A stretch of 64,000 bases of DNA from Candidatus Bathyarchaeota archaeon (GCA_963701765.1 CAVPBD010000004.1:229384-293383); one strand, 5' to 3'. Numbered from the stretch's first letter, positions 37,492 through 45,957 are shown. The notes: a model not told the origin generated them from the sequence alone. Numbers and translations are program-made.

Positions 37492-37881
37492 TTAACAAAG
37501 CCCGCTTTGCTTGAAGTAATAATCGTCTTCCTTTTTTGGCCCAAAACTTCGTAAACCATCTTTTTTAAGTTGTGCCCGAAGTTCACACGCGTTGTCTTCG
37601 GTTAATTCACCTTTCTTGCATAGGAAAGCTATTATTTCTTCTGCTTGTGCGTCTGTGTCACATCGGCGGATAAAATCTACAACGGTAGGATTGTAGTGTC
37701 GGAATTTATCGGGTTCAGAAGCAGAATCCGATTCCATATTTTCTGATACCGCAATTTCTTTTTCTTCTTCTATTTCGTCGGGGTTTTTGCGAATCGAGTT
37801 TATAGTAACTTTGTTTTCACTAACATCGAGTTCCTTGAACAGGTTAGGGAACATTTTTTTAAGAGATTTTTTGCTTTCCAC
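37492..37881 (-). CDS. conserved archaeal hypothetical protein (DUF2095-like)
   Basis: 129 aa. 'MFPNLFKEL...' and the C-terminal 'GLRSFGPKKEDDYYFKQSG' resemble DUF2095 as I recall it. Confidence 0.45.
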   Translation of the reverse strand: MESKKSLKKMFPNLFKELDVSENKVTINSIRKNPDEIEEEKEIAVSENMESDSASEPDKFRHYNPTVVDFIRRCDTDAQAEEIIAFLCKKGELTEDNACELRAQLKKDGLRSFGPKKEDDYYFKQSGLC

Positions 37882-37972
37882 GGATCATCCCAAAGAGTAT
37901 TCTTCAATAAATATTTGAAGGTACAGGTTTATGTGCTTTTTTCCTTTATGATAGCTGTTTAATGATGAAAAA

Positions 37973-38671
37973 TTAGGAAGGAATGAATCTTTGTGAAGGG
38001 TTAGCCACGATTAATTTTTCCAGCTCAGATATTGTTAAACCTTTAATTTCGTCACCAAAAGTCTCACATTTTCGTTTCTTACCTGCCTGATCTGCATTGC
38101 GTACTGTTATTTCTACAGGATGATTTGCGAGAGTATGAGCATAAATGTGGAAGGATTCCTCGATTTTTCCATGTTTAGTAATGGTCATCCGTTCGGTTTT
38201 CGAAATTTCTAACCCAATAACATTAATCGAGCCTATAACATCGCAGGGTTCATCATGATATACCGATATGTCGATATCACTTCCGCGCCGAATTGTACCA
38301 CGCCAGACACTACCAATCAATAATGGGCGATATTCTTTCAAAGCTTTCATAATGTGTAAAGCTTCCTTTCGCATTTCAATTAGTTGTTGCGTTCTATTGG
38401 TACCTTCATTTTCTTCAGCTACCTGGTCTAGTTCTAAAGCAACTTCAAGATTTGAGGGAAGAATTTGAATCCCCAGATTTTGCCCAGCCTTGACTTTAGC
38501 TTGCTTGTATTCTTTTTCTAACCCAAAATATAGTAGAGAAGCAGCCTCTCTGGCGATTTTACTTCTTGAAGTCTCAGAAGAGGTATTTAACGGCTCATCA
38601 TGCCAAGATTTCTTTATCGGCGTTGTATTGTTTCGTAAAGTTCGATGGTTTTTTCTGCAATTCGGTTCCAT
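37973..38671 (-). CDS. Pol-beta-superfamily nucleotidyltransferase-domain protein
   Basis: NTase motif 'GSVWRGTIRRGSDIDISVY'. The N-terminal ~19 codons overlap the upstream GT gene, so the start is uncertain. Confidence 0.6.
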   Translation of the reverse strand: MEPNCRKNHRTLRNNTTPIKKSWHDEPLNTSSETSRSKIAREAASLLYFGLEKEYKQAKVKAGQNLGIQILPSNLEVALELDQVAEENEGTNRTQQLIEMRKEALHIMKALKEYRPLLIGSVWRGTIRRGSDIDISVYHDEPCDVIGSINVIGLEISKTERMTITKHGKIEESFHIYAHTLANHPVEITVRNADQAGKKRKCETFGDEIKGLTISELEKLIVANPSQRFIPS

Positions 38672-39864
38672 GTAAATTCCTTAAGTACTCGTTTTCTACC
38701 GTTTTTCCCAAGCCATTTGCGCCGCTCGGGATCTTCCAATGCACTTGTGATGCCCCATGCTATATCGGATGGATTATTCGGGTCGATATGGAAGCCACAT
38801 TGTTCTTCTCCACAGCAAATCACTATCTCACGCATTCCACTTATTCCTGCAGCACCTACAACAACAGGTTTTTCCATTGCCATAGCTTCGAGAGCCACTA
38901 TGCCGAAAGGTTCGTATAAACTTGGAAAGACGGCAACATCACATGCAGCATAGTGAAGGATTCTTTCTTCTTCACTAATAAAGTCAAATCGGAAACGAAC
39001 ATACTGCTCTATTCTCATGGTTCGAACTAGATTAGTGAAATATTCCGAAAGCTCGCCTACTCCAACAATGACCAACTTGGTATTAGGAAATTTTGGCAGA
39101 ATATGTGGCAAAGCCATGATGAGTTTATCTATACCCTTAACGCCGACTAGCCTACCTAAGAAGAGAATCATAAGGTCGTCATCTTTTATTCCGTAACGTT
39201 CCCGGATTTTCCTTGTTTGGTCAGGCGTTACATCAGCAGGATTATATTTTTGTGGGTCTACACCATTATAACTTACTTGTATTTTGTCTTTCGGAAAACC
39301 AAGGTGTATTAGTTCGTCTTTCATGGCGTAGGAAACAGTCACAATTAAGTCCGCCATTTTAGCGCCACGCATTTCAATGTTGCTTACAGCACTGCTACCG
39401 GTTCCCATTGTTCGTCCATGCTCGGTTGAGTGAACATGAAAAGCTAAAGGCAATCCAGTTTCTTTTTTGACTGTAACTCCACCCATTATTGAGAGCCAAT
39501 CATGTGCAACTACTACGTCATAGGTCATGCCTTCTTTTTTTATTAATTCATTAACCAATTTTGCCGCAGATAGGTAGTTATAAACCAATAGTTTGCCAAA
39601 CAGGTGTATACCCCTGCCCCATTTTCGTATGTCTTCTGCGAGAACGTCGGGCAATGAATCTGAAATGTCGAGGTGTAAGGGGCGATGGATTTCTATACCA
39701 CGCCAAATTTCTCTAGTCGGTAACATTCCGGAATCATCATTCATGGTAAAAACCGTTACATCATGGTCTTTTAATACGAACTTGCGTGTGATTTCAGCAG
39801 CATAAGTTCCCAAGCCGCCTACTATCTTTGGAGGATATTCATAGACAAGAACCGCAATTTTCAT
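38614..39864 (-). CDS. GT-B glycosyltransferase, archaeal glycogen-synthase-like (GT4/GT5)
   Basis: 'MKIAVLVYEYPPKIVGGLGTYAAEI' and 'EPFGIVALEAMAMEKPVV' (E-x7-E region). Confidence 0.85.
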   Translation of the reverse strand: MKIAVLVYEYPPKIVGGLGTYAAEITRKFVLKDHDVTVFTMNDDSGMLPTREIWRGIEIHRPLHLDISDSLPDVLAEDIRKWGRGIHLFGKLLVYNYLSAAKLVNELIKKEGMTYDVVVAHDWLSIMGGVTVKKETGLPLAFHVHSTEHGRTMGTGSSAVSNIEMRGAKMADLIVTVSYAMKDELIHLGFPKDKIQVSYNGVDPQKYNPADVTPDQTRKIRERYGIKDDDLMILFLGRLVGVKGIDKLIMALPHILPKFPNTKLVIVGVGELSEYFTNLVRTMRIEQYVRFRFDFISEEERILHYAACDVAVFPSLYEPFGIVALEAMAMEKPVVVGAAGISGMREIVICCGEEQCGFHIDPNNPSDIAWGITSALEDPERRKWLGKNGRKRVLKEFTWNRIAEKTIELYETIQRR

Positions 39865-40010
39865 CTGTGCTGTTCACCGTTTCCAGTATAGCATACACAA
39901 GTTGATTCTACTAATACTTTACTTAAGAAGTATGCAGTATAAACAAGTGTTTAACAGACAGATAAATTGACAGATAATTTGATTAATTTCAACTTACATT
40001 ATAATAATCG

Positions 40011-40568
40011 GTGCTCATAAAGATGGATTTGACGTCAATTAAACGAGAAATACTAGAGGCTGTTTTATTGCATAACAAACCGGTAAAAGCAACAATAATA
40101 GCTAAAGAAATGGGAAAAGAATTCCCCGCCGTTATGATGCACCTCATAGATTTGACCCGTAAAGGGTTTACACAATCACCTAGAAAAGGGCACTACCTAA
40201 TTACAGAAAACGGCAAAAAAGCAATTGGTCTACTCCAACCTAACAAAGTGACCGCTACAAAAATCTTAACACAGGTATCTCCCGAAAACGCGTTCCATTT
40301 TTATATAGACATCGGAAAACCACTAAACATCTATGCAATGGGTCTCAAAGATTTTTGCGAGAAAATTACTAAAGTTGATACGAATTCAATAGAATTCCAT
40401 GTCAAACGAGGAGATTTTGAATCGTGGTTCAAATGCTTAGGGGATGCCGAATTGGCCAAGAAAGCAGCACTCATAAAAGCCAGAAAGCTTTCAGGTGAAG
40501 AACTCCAAGTAAAACTAGTCGACATAGTTGAAAACCAATACATAGCGCTATCAAAAATGATGGAGTAG
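40011..40568 (+). CDS. winged-helix protein with a C-terminal DUF5752-like domain
   Basis: The N-terminus 'ILEAVLLHNKPVKATIIAKEMGKEFPAVMMHLIDLTRKG' is wHTH-like. The C-terminus 'FHFYIDIGKPLNIYAMGLKDFCEKI...FHVKRGDFESWFKCLGD' resembles DUF5752. The start is GTG at 40011 or ATG at 40023. Confidence 0.5.
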   Translation: MLIKMDLTSIKREILEAVLLHNKPVKATIIAKEMGKEFPAVMMHLIDLTRKGFTQSPRKGHYLITENGKKAIGLLQPNKVTATKILTQVSPENAFHFYIDIGKPLNIYAMGLKDFCEKITKVDTNSIEFHVKRGDFESWFKCLGDAELAKKAALIKARKLSGEELQVKLVDIVENQYIALSKMME

Positions 40569-40738
40569 ATTCCTTTCGTTGTAACTTTTGCCTTTTTAAT
40601 TCCTTCTTAGATTAGAATTATCATGGTAATAATACCAAGCGATGTTATGAAAAAGGGAGTCTTTGGATAGAGCAATAACCGTTGGGTAATAGCTCTATTG
40701 CTCCAAAGGATATTTTTAACTAGCCTTTATCCAGTGCA

Positions 40739-41752
40739 TTAAGTTATGTGGCTATATACTGGATGTCCTTTGAATCGCAGAGTTGTTTCTGATCGCTCTA
40801 ATGTCCCACTTGGAAGTCTTGTGCATATGGAATTAACTATGGCGCCATTCTGAACGAAGCGCACACCGTCGAGCAATTCACCTTTGGTTACGCCAGAAGC
40901 AGCGAATATAAGTTCATTGCCACGTGCTAACTCATCTTCAGTGTAGGTTTTTTCGCAATCAACACCTGCGGCCCTTAGGCGGTCTAACCTGTTAGCGTCG
41001 TCTTTTTTGTCTTTCCAGACTTTGACTAGCATTGTTCCTCCGAGGCATTTGACGGCTGTTGCGGCAATAGTTGCTTCTGCTCCTGCACCTGCACCTATGA
41101 GTAGATCAACTCCGGAGTCAGGGATGCAGGTAACTATTGAGCCTGCTATGTCACCGTCGGTGATCAGGATTATTCTTACACCCATTTTTCTAAGTCGGGA
41201 AAGTAATTCTTGGTGTCTTTCGCGCTCTAGCATAATTACGGTAAAGTTGCTGAGCAGCAGATTCTTTTGGGCAGCTACTGTTTTGACTATTTCTTCGATA
41301 GACATGTCTAGAGAGATTTTGCCTTTTGACTGATAATCAGTGGCTACTTTGAAATAGTATCCGTCATCGGGAAGAACTTTTAGGCAACCAGCGGGGGCAC
41401 ATGCTAATGCAGATATGGCGTCTTTCTTTCCTTTTGAGGTTGCAGTTGTACCATCGACTTGATCGATGACAAATTCAGCTTTTGGACCGGAGCCTGTTCC
41501 GACTTTTTCTTTGTAGCAGAATGCTGGAGCTTGGTCTTTTGCGCCTTCGCAGCATATGACTTCTCCATCAACTTCGGTCTGGCTAAGAACGGCACGTGAA
41601 AAATCTAGTGCTGTCTGGTCTACTTTGTCTGGGTCGCCTTTTCCTATGTGTAGAGCAGCACCAACAGCGCCGGCAATTGTGATTCTTGTTAATGAAGGAG
41701 ATAGAGATCTTAAGGAGACCATGTTTATCGCTGTCCTCGCTCTTTTATCCAT
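40739..41752 (-). CDS. glpX: class II fructose-1,6-bisphosphatase (GlpX family; could also act on sedoheptulose bisphosphate)
   Basis: Colinear with E. coli GlpX as recalled: 'GKGDPDKVDQTAL', 'VICCEGAKDQAP', 'VIDQVDGTT', 'ITDGDIAGSIVTCIPDSGVDLLIGAGAGAEA', 'IFAASGVTKGELLDGV'. An alternative start at 41722 sits 2 nt after the aldolase stop. Confidence 0.85.
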   Translation of the reverse strand: MDKRARTAINMVSLRSLSPSLTRITIAGAVGAALHIGKGDPDKVDQTALDFSRAVLSQTEVDGEVICCEGAKDQAPAFCYKEKVGTGSGPKAEFVIDQVDGTTATSKGKKDAISALACAPAGCLKVLPDDGYYFKVATDYQSKGKISLDMSIEEIVKTVAAQKNLLLSNFTVIMLERERHQELLSRLRKMGVRIILITDGDIAGSIVTCIPDSGVDLLIGAGAGAEATIAATAVKCLGGTMLVKVWKDKKDDANRLDRLRAAGVDCEKTYTEDELARGNELIFAASGVTKGELLDGVRFVQNGAIVNSICTRLPSGTLERSETTLRFKGHPVYSHIT

Positions 41753-42642
41753 AATTCTGAAAATTCAACGTAGTTGAGCGCTATTTTTTCAACAGTTTCT
41801 TTTCTATTTATCTTCCCAGCTCTATAGTCAACTAGTGGTTGCCAGAAGATTGTTCGGCCAACGGCGAATCCGATTATGCCGGGTACTTTAGCACCTACAG
41901 CAAGCCATTTTTGTACATGTTCTTTGGATTCTCCGCGACCAAGGGTGATTACGCCTGCTTTTCTTCCGCCTTTTTGGACCTGCTTCACGATAGCTTTTGC
42001 GTCTTCGAGCTTGTCTACTCCTTCAAGTTTCCAGATAGCGGGTTCAATTTTTGCGTCTTGAATGGCGGCGATGCTTTCAACCATCAATCGAGGGCGTACA
42101 TCCAGGTCGTATTTTTCTTTTGAGCCACCGACTTTTGCGAGCTGGTCGGAAGTTGCGGGTACTATGAGTTCAAATAGGAAGGTTTTCTTTGCTTTTACCA
42201 GATAATCGTTGAGTTTTTTTAGTCTTTTTAGTTGACGTTGATTTATAGTATCATCGCTTGCTGGATTGTAGCGTACTAGCACTTTGACTAGAGTAGGGTC
42301 AAAATCTAGAATGTGTTTGCCAAATTCTTCCCCGTATTCAAAGTCGAATTCATCTTGACCTGACTTTTCTACGGGCATGGCAAAAGTTAAGCCGCGTTTC
42401 TTGGCTTCTTTAAGGATGCTGGTTCCAAACTCTTCATCAACTAGCATACCAGCTATGTCTTTGGGCACTTTCTTTGCTAAAGCTGAAACGAAACCTTCAA
42501 AAATAATTTTTTTTGCATCATCTATCTGAATTTTTTCCGCAGAAGTGGGTTTGCGGTTCTTGATTTCAAATAGTTTTTCCGTAAAAGATCCACGGTGATC
42601 GAAGGCTAAAATTAACAATTGTTTTTGGGTCCAATCAGTCAA
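41725..42642 (-). CDS. class I aldolase of the LacD/tagatose-bisphosphate-aldolase (DUF2090-type) family
   Basis: 'LILAFDHRGSF', 'MLVDEEFG', 'VKVLVRYNP', 'FLFELI', 'IWKLEGV' (putative Schiff-base Lys) and 'GFAVGRTIFW' are colinear with LacD blocks as recalled. Confidence 0.7.
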   Translation of the reverse strand: MTDWTQKQLLILAFDHRGSFTEKLFEIKNRKPTSAEKIQIDDAKKIIFEGFVSALAKKVPKDIAGMLVDEEFGTSILKEAKKRGLTFAMPVEKSGQDEFDFEYGEEFGKHILDFDPTLVKVLVRYNPASDDTINQRQLKRLKKLNDYLVKAKKTFLFELIVPATSDQLAKVGGSKEKYDLDVRPRLMVESIAAIQDAKIEPAIWKLEGVDKLEDAKAIVKQVQKGGRKAGVITLGRGESKEHVQKWLAVGAKVPGIIGFAVGRTIFWQPLVDYRAGKINRKETVEKIALNYVEFSELWIKERGQR

Positions 42643-42842
42643 CTTAGTTCGCCTATACTACTTTTTGTTCTTACTCTAAATATATTTTGTTCCTTCATCG
42701 GCGTAACTTCACGGCAAATATCACCTGTATATCGGATAGCTGGTCAAACAAGAGGAATTTGCATAGAAAACGTAATCAATTTTTTTACTAAAGATAATTA
42801 GAAGAAAAACGTGAAATAATAAGAACACCTATTCATTGACAA

Positions 42843-43355
42843 GTGGTTGCATTGGACGAGGTTAGAGTTATTTCAGCTAAAGTTTCTGATGAAGTCTATA
42901 AAGAGATGCTTTTGCGTATTCCAGAAGGCGACAGAAGCGATTTCATCAGGGAAGCTATAATGGAGAAGCTTCAAAAAACGCCTAAAGCGAACAAGCTTTT
43001 AGAAATGGAAGAGCGAATGAATAAACTCGAGCAAGACCTTAGCGAAATAAGAAAGTACTTAGCGGATCTGGAGTTGCTTACTTATGGGCATGAGAAGGTT
43101 AACCCGCATGGTTTCTGTATAGATGAAGTGGATCACAAAATTGTTGATTATTTAATGCATTATAAAGGCGCCACAACACCTGAACTTGCAGAGTATTTGA
43201 AAGTTAACCGGTGGCTAGTTCTAAATAGACTACGCAAAATGCAGAAAACCAGCAAGAAGCAATACGGCAAACCTGCAATAGACTACTATGGAGGCGAAAA
43301 GTCAGGTAAAAAGAAGGCATGGTGGATTAACGAAGATCTGATTCAACAAGAGTAG
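42843..43355 (+). CDS. putative transcriptional regulator (N-terminal ribbon-helix-helix, coiled coil, C-terminal winged helix)
   Basis: GTG start. 'VSDEVYKEMLLRIPEGDRSDFIREAIMEKL' is RHH-like and 'IVDYLMHYKGATTPELAEYLKVNRWLVLNRLRKM' is wHTH-like. Confidence 0.5.
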   Translation: MVALDEVRVISAKVSDEVYKEMLLRIPEGDRSDFIREAIMEKLQKTPKANKLLEMEERMNKLEQDLSEIRKYLADLELLTYGHEKVNPHGFCIDEVDHKIVDYLMHYKGATTPELAEYLKVNRWLVLNRLRKMQKTSKKQYGKPAIDYYGGEKSGKKKAWWINEDLIQQE

Positions 43356-43397
43356 CGATTAACTTAAGTTTGACAGGTTTAGTTACTTTGTAGGTTT

Positions 43398-43497
43398 GGG
43401 CCCGTAGCCCAGTACGGATAAAGGCGTCGGCCTCCGGACGCGCCTAGGCGCGGGTGAAAGCCGAAGACCCTGGGTTCAAATCCCAGCGGGCCCGCCA
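43398..43497 (+). tRNA. tRNA-Arg (anticodon CCG) with a 21-nt intron at the canonical 37/38 position; CCA encoded
   Basis: Acceptor GGGCCCG/CGGGCCC, anticodon stem TCGGC...GCCGA, loop 'CTCCGG|A' interrupted by 'acgcgcctaggcgcgggtgaa' (43438-43458), T-arm CTGGG-TTCAAAT-CCCAG, and 3' GCCA. Confidence 0.85.
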
Positions 43498-43625
43498 TAT
43501 TATATGCATAAGTCAAATGCAAACCATCCACAGGAATAACGTCATCTAGAAGCTGATTAGCTAGCCTTAATTAGACATATGCAGATTTTTCAAAGAATAA
43601 AGACGCAGCCAAACCAAAATTTAAC

Positions 43626-43638
43626 CCTAAATCAAAAA
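43626..43638 (+). repeat. copy 3 of the exact 13-mer 'cctaaatcaaaaa'
   Basis: Exact match to 15829-15841 and 29709-29721. It lies 129 nt downstream of tRNA-Arg in an A/C-rich tract. Confidence 0.9.
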
Positions 43639-43839
43639 TCATCCTAAAACAATCTCCCCGCAAAAATAAAAATTTTCGACTGTTGTTCTTATAGAAGAAG
43701 CATCAATTTAAGAAAAATAAAAAGTATCAATAGTAGAAATAATTTTGAGCAATATTTTGTCATTGAATAATGGCTAATAGAGTCTATTCAGTAGTTTGTG
43801 TTTGGTGTGCACTTACTATTATTAAGAGAGAGTAAAATT

Positions 43840-44506
43840 ATGAAGGAAAAGGCCATAATTGGCTGGAGTGGGGGTAAAGACAGCGCATTTGCCCTCTACG
43901 AGATACAAGCGGATTCAAAAGTACCAAGTTGAAGCCCTACTTACTACGATGACACAGGATTATGATAGGATCAGTATCCATGGAGTACGCAGGATTCTAC
44001 TTGAGCAACAAGCAGAAGCATTGGGCTTGCCACTTGAAAAGATGTTCATTAAGAAAGGTGCCTCCAATGCGGAATATGAAGCAGAATTGATAAAATCCCT
44101 CAAGCACTATGCAGACCGCGACATTTCTTCTGTGGTGTTTGGGGATATTTTTTTGGAGGACGTACGCCTTTACCGTGAAGAATTATTGGCTAAGGTGAAT
44201 ATGCAGGCGGTTTTTCCTCTGTGGAAAAAGGATACGCAAGAGCTCGCAAGAGATTTCATAGACTGCGGTTTTAAAGCAGTAATCACAGTCGTAGATTCAA
44301 GTGTGTTAGGTAAAGAGTTTGCTGGAAGAGAATACGACAAACAATTCTTAGCCGATTTGCCCAGAGGGGTTGACCCTTGTGGAGAAAATGGAGAATTCCA
44401 CTCCTTTGTATATAACGGACCAAATTTTAGAAAACCAGTAACATTCACCAAAGGGGAAGTGTTGCTGAGGGAAAATCGATTTTGGTATTGCGACCTTTTA
44501 CCCTAA
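43840..44506 (+). pseudogene. Dph6/MJ0570-like PP-loop ATP pyrophosphatase (DUF71 family) interrupted by a 1-nt insertion
   Basis: The ATG at 43840 opens 'MKEKAIIGWSGGKDSAFALYEIQADSK', containing the PP-loop SGGKDS, and this frame stops at ~43930. The rest ('YQVEALLTTMTQDYDRISIHGVRR...CGENGEFHSFV') is in the +1 frame (ORF 43859..44506). The frames join cleanly if one A of the A4 run at 43917-43920 is removed. Confidence 0.7.
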
Positions 44507-44559
44507 ATCGGGGTATAAGAAAATTTAGAGAAAATTGGCAGGTATGTCTGCCAGTCCTT

Positions 44560-45732
44560 TTAGGATATTAGTGTGTGCCCGTTGTATGTTATGCTCTTAA
44601 GCGTAGTTTCATTGATGTTTACTACGTTTGTCGGAAGCTGGGCGTAGGATAGTTCGGGGGCAATTTCTTGTCCGTCATGCATCACATACCATAAGAATTC
44701 TACAAGAGCTGTTGCTTTTTCCTGCGTCATGCCTGAGATGACGTTGAGTTCTTTGTAGACCATTAGGTAGCTGAAGCTTACTATCGGGTATGCGTTTGGC
44801 TCTTGTGCGTTTAATAGGCTCACATTTGTCCAGCTTGAATCTCCCGCGGGTAATCCTTGAGAGGTTGCGGATGCTGCTGCTATCTCGGTTGAGACTGTTG
44901 TTGGCAGTATGAAGTTGTTTGCTGGATTTTTTACTTTGGCTACATGCATGCTGTTCTCGTTTGCGTAAGCTAGTTCAACATATCCTATTGAGTACTGTGT
45001 CCCTTTTACTACTCCTGAAACGCCTGCGTTTCCGCTTGCACCTACGCCGGTTGGCCATGCTACTGATTTCCCCTTGCCGATTTCGCTTTCCCAAGAGGTG
45101 CTTACTGTTGAGAGGTAGCTTGTGAAGATGTAGGTTGTGCCTGAGCCGTCTGAGCGGTGAACTACGTTAATCGTCTGATCAGGAAGGGTTATTTCAGGAT
45201 TCAGTTGGGTTATAGAGGCATCGTTCCATTTGGTTATTTTACCTTGGAATATATCCGCTATTACTTGCCCGCTTAAACTAATACCATTGGGAGTTTCGGA
45301 ACCTAAGTTGTAAGTTACAACAACCGCACCTATAGTTTCAGGCATTTGAACCACGTTGTTTATCGTTTCCATTTCAGATGCGCTTAATGGGGCATCGGAC
45401 GCCGCAAAGTCCACCAGTCTATCTTTTAAAGAAGTTATTCCTGCACCGCTACCGGTAGGTTGATAGTTGATTTGGGCATTTGATTCTATGGTTTTGTAGA
45501 CGTCGATTATACCGCTCAGAAGTGGGTATGGGAAAGACGCCCCTGCGCCATTAAGTATTATTTTGGTATTACTGGTTACCGTTGTAGTCGGACTTGGAGA
45601 GATGCTTGATGAAGAGCTTGGAGATGGATTGGCTGAATTATCGGGTTGACTAAAATATGTTACTGCAAAAGCGCTTACAATTATCGCGGCAATCGCTAAA
45701 ATGGCTATGCCGATTTTAAGGTTATTCTTCAT
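44560..45732 (-). CDS. pstS: phosphate ABC transporter substrate-binding protein (copy 1, TM-anchored with a Ser/Pro/Thr linker)
   Basis: 'GAGASFPYPL', 'YQPTGSGAG', 'DFAASDAPL' and 'HRSDGSGTTYIFTSYL'. The likely start is 'MKNNLKIGIAILAIAAII' at 45732, and the maximal ORF extends to 45798. Confidence 0.85.
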   Translation of the reverse strand: MKNNLKIGIAILAIAAIIVSAFAVTYFSQPDNSANPSPSSSSSISPSPTTTVTSNTKIILNGAGASFPYPLLSGIIDVYKTIESNAQINYQPTGSGAGITSLKDRLVDFAASDAPLSASEMETINNVVQMPETIGAVVVTYNLGSETPNGISLSGQVIADIFQGKITKWNDASITQLNPEITLPDQTINVVHRSDGSGTTYIFTSYLSTVSTSWESEIGKGKSVAWPTGVGASGNAGVSGVVKGTQYSIGYVELAYANENSMHVAKVKNPANNFILPTTVSTEIAAASATSQGLPAGDSSWTNVSLLNAQEPNAYPIVSFSYLMVYKELNVISGMTQEKATALVEFLWYVMHDGQEIAPELSYAQLPTNVVNINETTLKSITYNGHTLIS

Positions 45733-45803
45733 TTTCTTAGTTCCTTGTTTTTGCATTAATAGTGTTTGCATAAATATATTGTATCTCGACATAATCAATA
45801 TAT

Positions 45804-45815
45804 CACGTTATAAAA
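45804..45815 (-). promoter_or_regulatory. TATA-like element shared by both pstS promoters ('cacgttataaaa' on +)
   Basis: 11 of 12 nt are identical to 50398-50409 ('cacgttatataa'). On the coding (minus) strand it reads TTTTATAACGTG upstream of pstS copy 1. Confidence 0.4.
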
Positions 45816-45957
45816 TAAATAGTCTATATAGTAATCATTACAAATCGTCACCACAGAAATAAAAAGAACACAGAGAAAAAATTCATAGTCTAATCTAAAA
45901 GACCCATAATTAACTCAAAAATCAGCAATATTAAACAAAATAAGAGAAGATGATGTT

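Noticed and set aside
37961-37968. 'aatgatga' C-box-like word suggesting a C/D box sRNA
   Set aside because: There is no matching D box (CTGA) at an appropriate distance and no terminal stem. It overlaps the 3' end region of the NTase gene.
40669-40712. Imperfect inverted repeat ('gagcaata' ... 'tattgctc') between convergent genes, considered as a terminator or ncRNA
   Set aside because: It has only an 8-bp stem with an 18-nt loop and no adjoining T-tract on either strand, which is too weak to call.
15829-43638. Near-equal spacing (13,880 and 13,917 bp) of the three 13-mer copies, two of them near tRNA genes, suggested att sites of integrated elements
   Set aside because: No integrase, transposase or viral/plasmid gene is present in either interval. 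The intervals contain core genes (hel308, purB, iscSU, tRNA). The repeat does not overlap the tRNA sequences. The spacing is treated as coincidence.
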